A stretch of 64,000 bases of DNA, from contig CAJOCR010000003.1 of NCBI GenBank assembly GCA_905236755.1, positions 77,550 through 141,549 of the forward strand, given 5' to 3'. The stretch comes from an uncultured Prevotella sp. Its GTDB lineage: Bacteria; Bacteroidota; Bacteroidia; Bacteroidales; Bacteroidaceae. The notes under the pieces are model-generated. The model saw nothing but the letters and a program-made list of their open reading frames with translations. It made no database searches and was not told the origin of the DNA. A program made the translations under genes and the position numbers. This document shows, in pieces, positions 17,137 through 27,323 of the stretch (positions are counted from its first letter, which is position 1; each line of letters opens with the position of its first letter).

Positions 17137-20009
17137 ACACATTTCTACACTACGTAGCTAAAGATATAATACAAAAATACGGAAATAACTTGTCAAAGAT
17201 TGCTGTTGTATTTCCGAATAAACGTGCCTCGCTGTTCTTGAATAACGAGTTGGCACGACTAACCGACAAACCTATCTGGAGTCCTGCCTACATCACCATC
17301 AGCGAGTTGTTTCGTCAACACTCGGAACTGCAGACTGCAAATCCGCTGAAACTGGTGTGTGTGCTGTACAGAGTTTTTCAGAAGGTAACAGGCTCTAACG
17401 AGTCGTTAGACCATTTCTATGGCTGGGGACAGCTGATGATTACCGACTTTGACGATATTGATAAGAATATGGCCGACGCCGACAAGGTATTTGCTAACCT
17501 CAGTGATTATCATGAGTTTGACGACGTGAGCTATCTAACCCCTGAACAGGAGGAGATTCTGAAACGTTTCTTTAGTAATTTCAGCAGTGAGCATAATTCA
17601 GAACTAAAGAAAAGGTTTTTGAATATATGGAGTAATTTCCGAGAGATATATCATTCGTTTAACGAGACCTTAGCCGAAGAAGGCCTTGCATACGAAGGAC
17701 AGCTATACAGAAAGGTGGTAGAGGAAGGCTGTCTTGACTTGAAATACGACAAATACCTGTTTGTTGGTTTCAACATGATGCAGAAGGTAGAACAAGAGCT
17801 ATGCAACAAACTGCAGAAAGAAGGCAAGGCTGCATTCTACTGGGATTTTGACAAATACTATCTTAATCCTAAGAAGCAAGGAATTAATATGTCTTCAGGG
17901 GCAGGACATTATATCTCGCAATATCTGGAATATTATCCTAACGAACTGGATAACATGGATGAGGAGATTTATGATAATCTTGCCAAGAACAAGGATATTA
18001 GCTATGTAAGTGCTACTACTGAGAATATTCAAGCCAGATACATAAGCAAATGGCTGCTGGAAAAAGAACGCTACAAGGCAGGAAAAAGAACTGCTATTGT
18101 GCTGGCTGACGAGAGTTTACTGCAAACAGTAATACATTGCATTCCAAAAGAGGTAGAGAAGGTAAACATCACAACAGGTTATCCTCTTGCACAGAGCCCT
18201 ATTACTGGTTTGGTGAAGCAGTTGATAAGCTTGCAGACATTAGGTTACAGAAAGGACTTAGATAAATACCGCTTGCATTGGGTACAAATACTTCTGCACC
18301 ACCCTTACATAAAATATATCAGCGAGAAGAGTCAAGAGATATTCGACGATTTGAATTCTCAAAAGACTTTTTATCTGTCGAAAGAGCAGTTAGGAAAGGA
18401 TGATAATCTGAAACTATTGTTCTCAAATGCCTACTCTAACGACGATTCAAAACTTACTACCAACAGCAAACTGCTTCATTGGATTATTGACGTACTGAGA
18501 ATTGTTGGTACAGGTATTGGATTGGCTGAAGAAAGTAATGACCCTCTGGCTGAGGAGTCGATATTCCGTATGTACACACTATTGAACAGTATGGTGGCAC
18601 TTGTGGATGATAATGAGCTGGATGTTGATTTGATTACGTTGGAGAAGCTGATAAACCAGGTTGTTCAGTCAACATCTATTCCTTTCCACGGAGAACCAGC
18701 AGAGGGAATACAGATTATGGGTGTGCTCGAAACGAGAAACCTTGACTTTGACCATGTTATTGTTCTATCGTGCAACGAAGGAAAACTCCCTAAGGGCATT
18801 AACGATAATTCATTTATCCCTTATGCCATTCGTCGTGCTTACGGTTTGACAACTATAGACAACAAGGTTTCGATATATTCATATTATTTTCATAGTCTGC
18901 TTCAACGTGCCGGCGACATTACATTAGTATACAATAACGCCACCTCTGACGGACAGACAGGAGAAATGAGCAGGTTTATGCTGCAGCTGATGGTTGAAAG
19001 CGGACACAAGATAAACAAGTTGAATATTGTGGCTCAGCAAACACCGCAGCATTCTTTACCGGAAGGCATAAAGAAAACGCCTGAGATAATGAATATTATC
19101 AACGAGATAAACAGACTTTCGCCTACGGCTATAAACACTTATATTCGTTGTCAACTGAGGTTCTACTACCGTTATCTGCAAAGGATAAAAGAGCCAGAGA
19201 ACGACGATAACGAGATGAACAACGCTTTCTTTGGAAGTATTTTCCACAGAGTGGCAGAGCTGTTCTATGAGCCATATTATAAAAACAAACAACTCATACA
19301 GAAGGAAGATATTGACAGAGCTCTGAAGAACAAGCCTCTTATTGATGCTTGTGTGGAACAGGCTTTCAGGGAGATACTTTTTAAGGTGTCTAAAAACACA
19401 CACGTGGAATATAACGGATTGCAGCTCATTAACCGTCAGGTAATAAAAGACTATTTCATTAAACAGCTAAAGATAGACCAGCAGTTGTGCCCGTTCCGTA
19501 TTCGTGGACTGGAAAAGTCGGTATATGAGGACTTTGACATAAAGGGCACGCGAATAGTAAAAATAGGTGGAAGCATAGACCGCCTTGACGAACTGGAGCG
19601 TCCTGGCAAACAGCCTATAATACGTGTTGTTGACTATAAAACAGGTACTAACAACAGCACCAATGTGAAGTCGTTGGAAGAGGTGTTTACCGACGAGAAC
19701 CTGAAGAACCACACGGATTATTACCTTCAGGCAATGCTTTATTCGCTTATTGTAAGAGACCAGAGCAAAGAGAATCTTCCGGTTAGTCCTGCGTTGGTGT
19801 TTATTCAGAAGCAAGGTACGGATAATGCTGACTGCACCTTACGTATAAACAAAGAACCAATTGAGGATATTGCTACATATTCCGATGAATATCGTGAGGG
19901 ACTGATAAATGTTGTGAGTGACATTTTCAACCCAGAACTAACGCTTCAGCCTACAGAGGACATTAATCGTTGCGCAAGCTGCCCTTATAAAGCACTTTGT
20001 ATGCAATAA
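17133..20009 (+). CDS. addB: PD-(D/E)XK nuclease, AddB-like
   Basis: 4-bp overlap with addA. LSPTAINTYIRC, GSIDRLD...VVDYKTG and terminal CASCPYKALC (Fe-S staple cysteines). Confidence 0.8.
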   Translation: MNTFLHYVAKDIIQKYGNNLSKIAVVFPNKRASLFLNNELARLTDKPIWSPAYITISELFRQHSELQTANPLKLVCVLYRVFQKVTGSNESLDHFYGWGQLMITDFDDIDKNMADADKVFANLSDYHEFDDVSYLTPEQEEILKRFFSNFSSEHNSELKKRFLNIWSNFREIYHSFNETLAEEGLAYEGQLYRKVVEEGCLDLKYDKYLFVGFNMMQKVEQELCNKLQKEGKAAFYWDFDKYYLNPKKQGINMSSGAGHYISQYLEYYPNELDNMDEEIYDNLAKNKDISYVSATTENIQARYISKWLLEKERYKAGKRTAIVLADESLLQTVIHCIPKEVEKVNITTGYPLAQSPITGLVKQLISLQTLGYRKDLDKYRLHWVQILLHHPYIKYISEKSQEIFDDLNSQKTFYLSKEQLGKDDNLKLLFSNAYSNDDSKLTTNSKLLHWIIDVLRIVGTGIGLAEESNDPLAEESIFRMYTLLNSMVALVDDNELDVDLITLEKLINQVVQSTSIPFHGEPAEGIQIMGVLETRNLDFDHVIVLSCNEGKLPKGINDNSFIPYAIRRAYGLTTIDNKVSIYSYYFHSLLQRAGDITLVYNNATSDGQTGEMSRFMLQLMVESGHKINKLNIVAQQTPQHSLPEGIKKTPEIMNIINEINRLSPTAINTYIRCQLRFYYRYLQRIKEPENDDNEMNNAFFGSIFHRVAELFYEPYYKNKQLIQKEDIDRALKNKPLIDACVEQAFREILFKVSKNTHVEYNGLQLINRQVIKDYFIKQLKIDQQLCPFRIRGLEKSVYEDFDIKGTRIVKIGGSIDRLDELERPGKQPIIRVVDYKTGTNNSTNVKSLEEVFTDENLKNHTDYYLQAMLYSLIVRDQSKENLPVSPALVFIQKQGTDNADCTLRINKEPIEDIATYSDEYREGLINVVSDIFNPELTLQPTEDINRCASCPYKALCMQ

Positions 20010-20196
20010 AGCGAATGAAAGCGCTGTGGACAACGGATTTTCGCATTCGATTTGTTTTACATTAACATTCATTTCACTATCCTTTTCAAATACAAAAGAA
20101 GCATAACATAGTGGATATTAAGCAGTTCCAAAAATATTTTTTGCGTAAAAACATCAAAAAAGTAGCGATAAATTTTCAATTACATAGAAAAAGTCG

Positions 20197-20204
20197 TATA
20201 TTTG
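20197..20204 (+). promoter_or_regulatory. -7 promoter box of the hup-bS22-rng unit
   Basis: TATATTTG followed by CA, 61 nt upstream of the HU start. Confidence 0.6.
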
Positions 20205-20265
20205 CAAACCGCAAAGAAGAAAGAAGTAAAATTATACAACAAAACAAATAACAGATTATATAACA

Positions 20266-20544
20266 ATGACAAAGGCAGACATTATTAACGAAATTGCTGC
20301 AACCACAGGTATCTCTAAGAAAGATGTAGCAGTTATTGTTGAAAGCTTTATGGCGTCAGTAAAAGACAGCTTGCTCACAAAGCGTGAAAACGTTTACCTT
20401 CGTGGCTTTGGTAGTTTTATTATCAAGCACCGCGCAGCTAAGACAGCTCGTAATATCCTTAAGAACACTACTATGACCATTGATGCTCATGATCTCCCAA
20501 GCTTTAAGCCAGCTAAGAGTTTTATCGATGAGATGAAAGGATAA
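20266..20544 (+). CDS. hup: HU/IHF family DNA-binding protein
   Basis: MTKADIINEIA, VYLRGFGSF, KTARNI, PSFKPAK. Confidence 0.92.
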   Translation: MTKADIINEIAATTGISKKDVAVIVESFMASVKDSLLTKRENVYLRGFGSFIIKHRAAKTARNILKNTTMTIDAHDLPSFKPAKSFIDEMKG

Positions 20545-20592
20545 AGCATAGAACAAGTAATTAAAACTATAATATTTTAAAATTTTAAAATT

Positions 20593-20682
20593 ATGCCAAA
20601 CGGAAAGAAAAAGAAGGGCCACAAGATGGCTACTCACAAGCGTAAAAAGAGATTACGTAAGAATAGACATAAGAGCAAGTAA
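20593..20682 (+). CDS. 30S ribosomal protein bS22 (below the ORF-track length cut-off)
   Basis: MPNGKKKKGHKMATHKRKKRLRKNRHKSK (29 aa) matches the Bacteroidetes bS22 pattern MPxGKKxKxHKxATHKRKKR; it has an A/T-rich initiation region. Confidence 0.85.
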   Translation: MPNGKKKKGHKMATHKRKKRLRKNRHKSK

Positions 20683-20783
20683 GGCTCTCTGGCCTATCGA
20701 AAAGTATTTGGGGCGTGTCCAAATCCATAATATGGATAGTTGACATGCCCTTAACTTTTAAAAATTATCAAGATTAAGTAATA

Positions 20784-22358
20784 ATGACAAGTGAAGTTGT
20801 AATTGATGTCCGCGAAAAAGAGATTTCCATCGCACTCTTGGAAGACAAGAATCTGGTGGAATATCAGAACGAGCCACGACAGGCTTCTTTCGCAGTTGGC
20901 AACATTTACGTAGCAAAGGTCAAAAAGCTTATGCCTGGCCTTAATGCATGCTTCGTTGATGTTGGCTATGAACGCGACGCCTTTCTGCATTATCTTGACC
21001 TTGGTAGTCAATTCAATTCTTACGCAAAGTACATTAAGCAGGTAAACAGCGATCGCAAGCGCCTTTACCCATTCAGCAAGGCAACCAAACTTCCTGAGTT
21101 AAAGAAAGACGGTACTATCCAACAAGTTCTCTCAGTAGGACAAGAAGTGCTAGTACAGATAGTCAAGGAACCTATCTCTACTAAGGGACCACGTCTAACT
21201 GGAGAATTATCATTCGCAGGACGTTATCTGGTGCTTATGCCTTTCGGTGACAAGGTATCTGTTTCATCAAAAATCAAGAGTAGCGAAGAACGCGCACGCT
21301 TGAAACAACTGATTCACAGCATTAAGCCAAAGAACTGTGGCGTAATAGTAAGAACAGTTGCTGAGGGCAAACGTGTTGCTGAACTTGATTGTGAGATGAA
21401 AGTGCTTACCAAACGATGGGAAGACGCTATCACTAAGGTGCAGAAGTCTATGCAGCGCCCACAACTGGTTTATGAAGAAACTGGGCGTGCAATAGCCATG
21501 CTTCGCGATCTCTTCAACACAAGCTTTGAGAACATTTACGTTAACAATGCCGACGTTTTCAACGAGGTAAAACATTACATCACCCTCATTGCACCTGAGA
21601 AAGCAGGTATCGTGAAACTGTATGAAGGCAAAGTTCCAATCTTTGACAACTTCAACGTTACAAAACAGATTAAATCAAGTTTTGGTAAAACGATAAACTA
21701 CAAGCACGGAGCATATCTTATTATCGAACATACCGAGGCGTTGCATGTTGTTGACGTAAATAGCGGAAATCGATCACGTTCAGAAAACGGACAGGAGGCA
21801 AATGCTCTGGATGTGAACCTTGGTGCTGCCGATGAATTGGCACGACAGCTACGACTACGTGATATGGGAGGAATCATAGTAGTTGACTTCATCGACATGA
21901 ACCTTGCAGAAGACCGCCAGCTGCTTTATGAACGCATGTGTAAGAATATGCAGAAAGACCGTGCACGTCACAATATTCTGCCACTTAGCAAGTTCGGATT
22001 GATGCAGATTACACGCCAGCGTGTGCGTCCAGCTATGGATGTTAATGTTGAAGAAAACTGTCCTACCTGTAACGGTACAGGAAAGATAAGATCAAGTATT
22101 CTGTTTACCGACCAACTTGAAAGAAAGATTGACAACCTGGTCAATAACATAGGCGTTAAGAAATTCTACCTTCATGTGCATCCTTACGTTGCAGCATTCA
22201 TTAACAAGGGATTCATTTCCCTTCGCGTAAAATGGCTGTTCAAGTACGGATTCGGAATTCATATCATCCCTTCACAGAAACTTGCATTCTTGCAATACGA
22301 GTTCTATGATAAAGATGGACAATTCATCGACATGAAAGAAGAACAGGAAACAAAGTAA
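20784..22358 (+). CDS. rng: Ribonuclease E/G family
   Basis: S1 domain GNIYVAKVKKLMPGLNACFVDVG, KEPISTKGPRLT, VVDVNSG, QLRLRDMGGIIVVDFIDM, CPTCNGTG. Confidence 0.93.
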   Translation: MTSEVVIDVREKEISIALLEDKNLVEYQNEPRQASFAVGNIYVAKVKKLMPGLNACFVDVGYERDAFLHYLDLGSQFNSYAKYIKQVNSDRKRLYPFSKATKLPELKKDGTIQQVLSVGQEVLVQIVKEPISTKGPRLTGELSFAGRYLVLMPFGDKVSVSSKIKSSEERARLKQLIHSIKPKNCGVIVRTVAEGKRVAELDCEMKVLTKRWEDAITKVQKSMQRPQLVYEETGRAIAMLRDLFNTSFENIYVNNADVFNEVKHYITLIAPEKAGIVKLYEGKVPIFDNFNVTKQIKSSFGKTINYKHGAYLIIEHTEALHVVDVNSGNRSRSENGQEANALDVNLGAADELARQLRLRDMGGIIVVDFIDMNLAEDRQLLYERMCKNMQKDRARHNILPLSKFGLMQITRQRVRPAMDVNVEENCPTCNGTGKIRSSILFTDQLERKIDNLVNNIGVKKFYLHVHPYVAAFINKGFISLRVKWLFKYGFGIHIIPSQKLAFLQYEFYDKDGQFIDMKEEQETK

Positions 22359-22379
22359 ATGTTTCTAAAAAACAATATT

Positions 22380-22413
22380 AAAGAGGCAATTGTGTAATAC
22401 AGTTGCCTCTTTT
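22380..22413 (+). terminator. Rho-independent terminator after rng
   Basis: AAAGAGGCAATTGT-GTAAT-ACAGTTGCCTCTTTT. Confidence 0.85.
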
Positions 22414-22499
22414 GTTAAAAATAGCAAAGGAAAAACACAGGTATAAGATATATTTACTATGTTTGTAAAATACGATTATTAACCAAAATAAACGAGAAT

Positions 22500-23309
22500 A
22501 TGAAAAAATTACTTATCCTTTCATTTGCAACCTGCGCAATGATTATGGCAAGTTGTGGTAACAAAACAAAAGATGCTATTGCTTTAGCTGATAGCGACTC
22601 GTTAATGATGGACACCTCTATCGTGGCTGCCGTTGCTGTAGACGGTCTTTCTGAAGACTTAAAAACAACAATCACAAACCTTACCACGAAGTTAACAGAA
22701 GACTTGAAGGCAAACAACACACAGAATATTATTGTTGGGCTTGCAAACCTGGAAACTATATACCGTAACCTTGCCGCTGCAAGCAAACTGGAGGACGCTA
22801 AGGTTTACGGAACTGCTATCAAGAACTTTATAAACAGTAACAGCGAGGCTTTGAAAGCATCGGTGTCTGAGAATGCTACTATTGGTTCGCTTGTTCAAAG
22901 CATACAGAACTTGCCTACTACTGCAGAAACGACTGCCGAGCAGGCTAAAGCAGCTGTAGCTAACGATATTGCCACCTTGGCTTCGCCTGCGATTGCTAAA
23001 GGCGAAACTGCTGTGACTACAGCCGAAGCAGCTGCTAAACTTATTGAGAATGCGCCAGCAACAGCTAAGAAGGCTGCCGAAGATGCTGCTGCAAATGTTG
23101 TCAACAACGCAAAGGCGGCTGTTGACAATCAGGTGGATGCAGCTAAAGCATCAGCAAACAAAGCTGTCAGCAATGCTCAAGACAAAACAAACAAGGCTAT
23201 AACAGACACCAAAGAAAAAGCTAATAAGAAGGTGAATGAGGCTACCGACAAAGCAAACAAAAAGATTAACGATGCTGCTAAAGAGGCAATAAAGGGAATT
23301 GGCTTGTAG
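22500..23309 (+). CDS. Ala/Lys-rich lipoprotein with 11-residue C-terminal repeats
   Basis: Lipobox IMASC (Cys19); six 11-aa helical repeats at the C-terminus. Confidence 0.75.
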   Translation: MKKLLILSFATCAMIMASCGNKTKDAIALADSDSLMMDTSIVAAVAVDGLSEDLKTTITNLTTKLTEDLKANNTQNIIVGLANLETIYRNLAAASKLEDAKVYGTAIKNFINSNSEALKASVSENATIGSLVQSIQNLPTTAETTAEQAKAAVANDIATLASPAIAKGETAVTTAEAAAKLIENAPATAKKAAEDAAANVVNNAKAAVDNQVDAAKASANKAVSNAQDKTNKAITDTKEKANKKVNEATDKANKKINDAAKEAIKGIGL

Positions 23310-23355
23310 TTGTAATAAAAAATTTGTTTTATCCGATAAAAAAACAATTAAGAGG

Positions 23356-23388
23356 CATCTCGGAACCATCTCGAAGGAATCTCGAAGG
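23356..23388. repeat. 11-bp tandem array (3 units, NATCTCGAAGG)
   Basis: CATCTCGGAAC CATCTCGAAGG AATCTCGAAGG; the same array occurs at 39645-39677. Confidence 0.85.
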
Positions 23389-23468
23389 CTCATAAAGCAT
23401 TGTTTGTAATAATTTATCGCTACAAGAGATGCTCTTTTTTGAAAGTAAAGTGAAATTATTCTCAAAAC

Positions 23469-23501
23469 AGGGGGAGCTTCTGAAAAGAGGCTCCCCTTTT
23501 T
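23469..23501 (+). terminator. Rho-independent terminator
   Basis: GGGGAGCTTC-TGAAAA-GAGGCTCCCC-TTTTT. Confidence 0.8.
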
Positions 23502-23572
23502 GCATCTTTTATTTTGTATTATCAGATAAATTGCTTAATTTTGCCATTCGAAATATATAAATTAAACAAAAT

Positions 23573-24076
23573 ATGAGATCAAGAACTTCTTCATGGTTTG
23601 AAACCAAGATTAGATACAGAAAGACAATGGAGGACGGTATGGAGAAACCTGTTACCGAACAGTATGTTGTCGATGCTCTTTCGTTTTCAGAAGCTGAAAC
23701 TGCTATTACAGAAGAAATGGCTGTGTATATCAGCGGCGAATACAAGATTACAGACATTAAGCCTGCTGCCTATGGCGAGATTTTCTTCAGCGATGCCGAC
23801 AAAGACGACCGCTGGTTTAAGGCAAAGTTGCAGTTCATAACTCTTGACGAGAAGACTCAGAAAGAGAAGCGCTCTACAACTACATATCTTGTTCAGGCTG
23901 GTTCTTTGCAAGGAGCAGTAAAACACATCGAAGAAGTTATGGGTGGCACCATGATTGACTATGTCATTGCAAGTCTGCAGGAAACACAGATCATGGATGT
24001 GTACGAACATCATGCTCAGAAGAGAAATACTGAAGAGAGAAATGATGTGCCTGAATACGAACAAAAAGCAGAATAA
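23573..24076 (+). CDS. DUF4494 family protein
   Basis: WFETKIRYRKTMEDG...EQYVVDALSFSEAE, KWFK-like RWFKAKLQFITLDEK. Confidence 0.85.
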   Translation: MRSRTSSWFETKIRYRKTMEDGMEKPVTEQYVVDALSFSEAETAITEEMAVYISGEYKITDIKPAAYGEIFFSDADKDDRWFKAKLQFITLDEKTQKEKRSTTTYLVQAGSLQGAVKHIEEVMGGTMIDYVIASLQETQIMDVYEHHAQKRNTEERNDVPEYEQKAE

Positions 24077-24081
24077 ACAAT

Positions 24082-24759
24082 ATGGAAATGGTTGATGTAG
24101 CTAAGAATTTACATGAAGTGCTAAATAACTTGCCTGAAAAAGTAAGACTGGTTGCTATCAGCAAATTCCACCCTAACGAATATATTGAAGCGGCATACAA
24201 CGAAGGGCAAAGAGTTTTTGGCGAAAGTCATGAGCAAGAGCTTAAAAAGAAAGTTGAAACCTTGCCTAAGGATATTGAATGGCACTTCATTGGTCACTTG
24301 CAGACCAACAAGGTGAAATACATCGCACCATACATCTCTATGATTGAAGCCTGCGATAGTCTGAAGTTGATGAAAGAAATCAATAAGCAGGCTGCCAAGA
24401 ACAATAGAGTTATAAAGATTCTGCTTGAATTGCATATTGCCGAAGAAGAAGCCAAATACGGACTCACATTAGACGAATGCCGACAGCTGCTTGCCGAAGG
24501 TGAATGGCGAGAGTTGAAGAATGTTCAGATATGTGGTTTGATGATGATGGCAAGCTTTACCGACAACGAGCAACAGATAGCAAACGAATTTGACCTTGCA
24601 AACAGCTTTTTCAATGAGATAAAAGCAGAATACTTTGCAAATGACAGTTCTTTCTGCGAACGCTCATGGGGAATGAGCAACGACTACAAGATAGCCATTC
24701 ATCATGGTTCAACAATGGTCAGAGTAGGAACTTTCATCTTTGGGCCACGAGTATATTAA
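24082..24759 (+). CDS. yggS: PLP homeostasis protein YggS
   Basis: LVAISKFHP, FGES..QEL, WHFIGHLQTNKVK, GMSNDY..AI..GSTMVRVGT.IFG. Confidence 0.95.
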   Translation: MEMVDVAKNLHEVLNNLPEKVRLVAISKFHPNEYIEAAYNEGQRVFGESHEQELKKKVETLPKDIEWHFIGHLQTNKVKYIAPYISMIEACDSLKLMKEINKQAAKNNRVIKILLELHIAEEEAKYGLTLDECRQLLAEGEWRELKNVQICGLMMMASFTDNEQQIANEFDLANSFFNEIKAEYFANDSSFCERSWGMSNDYKIAIHHGSTMVRVGTFIFGPRVY

Positions 24760-24805
24760 TACTCACTCAACAGAAGATTATACAGATTATAATTTATTTA
24801 TAAAG

Positions 24806-26011
24806 ATGCCTGAAATATCAGTACGCGGATTGGAAATGCCTGAGAGCCCAATTAGGAAATTGGCTCCTTTGGCTAATGCTGCAAAAAGCAAAGGTATCAA
24901 AGTATACCACTTAAACATTGGACAGCCTGATCTGCCCACACCACAATGCGGTCTTGACGCACTAAAAACAATAGACCGCAAAGTGCTGGAATACTCACCT
25001 TCACAGGGATATCTCAGCTACAGAACAAAACTCGTTGACTACTACAAGAAGTTTGATATAGAAGTAACTCCCGACGATATAATCATCACATCAGGAGGTT
25101 CGGAAGCTGTTCTGTTTGCTTTCATGAGCTGTCTGAACCCAGGTGATGAGATTATTGTTCCAGAACCAGCCTATGCCAACTACATGGCATTTGCTATTTC
25201 TGCAGGAGCAAAAATCAGAACTATTGCCACAAGTATTGAAGAAGGTTTTGCGTTACCAAAGGTTGAGAAGTTTGAAGAACTTATCAACGAGCACACTCGT
25301 GCCATCATGATTTGTAACCCTAACAACCCAACAGGTTACCTCTACACACGTAGAGAAATGAATCAGATACGCGACCTGGTGAAGAAATATGACCTGTATC
25401 TCTTCTCCGACGAAGTATATCGTGAATACATCTATACTGGTTCACCATATATTTCAGCCATGCACCTAAAAGGAATAGAGAACAATGTTGTTTTGATTGA
25501 CTCTGTATCAAAACGATATTCTGAGTGTGGTATTCGTGTAGGAGCACTCATTACAAAGAATGAAGAAATTCGTAAGGCAGTAATGAAATTCTGTCAGGCA
25601 CGACTTTCTCCACCACTTATTGGTCAGATAGTAGCCGAAGCCTCTCTTGAAGCACCAGAAGAATACTACCGCGAGGTGTACGACGAATATGTAGAACGCA
25701 GAAAATGCCTTATTGACGGACTAAACCGCATTCCAGGTGTTTACTCTCCTATCCCTATGGGAGCCTTCTATACCGTAGCAAAGCTGCCTGTTGACGATAG
25801 CGAGAAATTCTGCCGTTGGTGCCTAGAAAGTTTCAACTACGAAAACGAAACTGTTATGATGGCTCCAGCATCAGGCTTCTACACCACACCAGGAGCAGGA
25901 CACAATGAAGTGCGAATAGCATATGTGCTAAAGCGCGAAGATCTTAATCGTGCACTGATCGTTCTTCGAAAAGCACTCGAAGAATACCCTGGACGAATAG
26001 ATGAAGAATAA
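24806..26011 (+). CDS. Class I/II PLP-dependent aminotransferase
   Basis: LNIGQPD, CNPNNPTG, SDEVYRE, SVSKRYSECGIRVG. Start reassigned to MPEIS. Confidence 0.92.
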   Translation: MPEISVRGLEMPESPIRKLAPLANAAKSKGIKVYHLNIGQPDLPTPQCGLDALKTIDRKVLEYSPSQGYLSYRTKLVDYYKKFDIEVTPDDIIITSGGSEAVLFAFMSCLNPGDEIIVPEPAYANYMAFAISAGAKIRTIATSIEEGFALPKVEKFEELINEHTRAIMICNPNNPTGYLYTRREMNQIRDLVKKYDLYLFSDEVYREYIYTGSPYISAMHLKGIENNVVLIDSVSKRYSECGIRVGALITKNEEIRKAVMKFCQARLSPPLIGQIVAEASLEAPEEYYREVYDEYVERRKCLIDGLNRIPGVYSPIPMGAFYTVAKLPVDDSEKFCRWCLESFNYENETVMMAPASGFYTTPGAGHNEVRIAYVLKREDLNRALIVLRKALEEYPGRIDEE

Positions 26012-26029
26012 GAATAACGTATTCAGAAA

Positions 26030-27277
26030 ATGAACTTTCCACTTTTCATAGCAAGAAAAATATATGGTGACAAAGGCGACAAACGCAAAGTGTCAAAGCC
26101 AGCCATAAGAATAGCAACAGCAGGTGTTGCTATAGGTCTTGCCGTGATGATTATCTCTGTTAGTGTGGTTCTTGGTTTCAAGCACACTATTAGAGATAAG
26201 GTTGTGGGATTCGGGTGCCATATACAGGTAGCCGACTTTATGTCGTTGCAAACCAACGAGAACTACCCTATTCAGATGGGCGACTCAATGGTTAACGTAC
26301 TGAAGAAAACCCCAGGTGTGAAGCATGTTCAGAGATTTGCCAACAAACAAGGAATACTTAAAACCGAGAACGATTTCTTAGGTGTAGTATTCAAAGGTGT
26401 TGGACCAGAATACGACACTACATTCATTCATCAGAACATGGTTGAGGGAAGCATCCCAAAATTCTCTGATGAAGCAAGCAAAAACAAAATACTTGTTTCA
26501 AAGGAAATGGCCAACAAACTAAACATAAAAGTTGGTCAGAAAATATTCTCTTACTTTATTGACAACCAAGGACTTAGAGTTCGCCGTTTTACTGTTGAAG
26601 GAATATATCAGACAAACCTGAAACAATATGACCAGATAATATGCTATACCGATTTATACACAGCAGTAAAACTAAATGGTTGGGAAGACGATCAGACTTC
26701 GGGCGCAGAAATAACAGTAAACGATTTCAACCGTGTAAACGAAGTTGAAGACATTCTCGTACACAAAGTAAACAGAACAATAGACAAATATGGCGAAACC
26801 TATTCGTCAAAGACAATACAAGAAATAAATCCACAAATATTCTCATGGCTCGACCTCCTCGACCTTAATGTATGGATTATCCTTGCATTAATGATTGCTG
26901 TGGCTGGTGTAACCATGATTAGTGGATTACTTATCATTATACTTGAACGAACAACAATGATTGGCGTACTCAAAGCATTGGGAGCACGCAACAGAGTCGT
27001 TCGTCATTCATTCATGTGGTTTGCCGTTTTCATTATTGGCAAAGGCATGCTTATTGGCAATATCATAGCACTTGGACTTATTGCCCTACAGTCAACAACA
27101 GGAATAGTAAAACTCGACCCTACAACCTATTACGTAGAGACTGTTCCTGTAGAATACGCATGGCTGCCTTTCGTTGTTATCAATATAGCAACACTCATCA
27201 TTAGTGTACTCGTATTGATAGCACCAAGCTACCTCATTTCGCATATTCATCCTGCAAAATCAATGAGATACGAATAA
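26030..27277 (+). CDS. LolC/E (FtsX-like) ABC permease
   Basis: MNFPLFIARK, GVAIGLAVMIIS, ERTTMIGVLKALGA, HPAKSMRYE. Confidence 0.88.
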   Translation: MNFPLFIARKIYGDKGDKRKVSKPAIRIATAGVAIGLAVMIISVSVVLGFKHTIRDKVVGFGCHIQVADFMSLQTNENYPIQMGDSMVNVLKKTPGVKHVQRFANKQGILKTENDFLGVVFKGVGPEYDTTFIHQNMVEGSIPKFSDEASKNKILVSKEMANKLNIKVGQKIFSYFIDNQGLRVRRFTVEGIYQTNLKQYDQIICYTDLYTAVKLNGWEDDQTSGAEITVNDFNRVNEVEDILVHKVNRTIDKYGETYSSKTIQEINPQIFSWLDLLDLNVWIILALMIAVAGVTMISGLLIIILERTTMIGVLKALGARNRVVRHSFMWFAVFIIGKGMLIGNIIALGLIALQSTTGIVKLDPTTYYVETVPVEYAWLPFVVINIATLIISVLVLIAPSYLISHIHPAKSMRYE

Positions 27278-27323
27278 GAAATCATTGAACTAAGCAATAA
27301 ACTTTCATTTTACGCCAAAATAC

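Noticed and set aside
13915-20009. Helicase + PD-(D/E)XK nuclease pair as an anti-phage defence system
   Set aside because: Domain order, Fe-S cysteines, overlap and housekeeping context fit the ordinary Bacteroidales AddAB repair complex.
20095-20122. dif-like site near the skew change (GCATAA-CATAGT-GGATATTAAGC)
   Set aside because: The right arm matches the XerD consensus TTATGTTAAAT at only about 6/11 positions, too weak to call.
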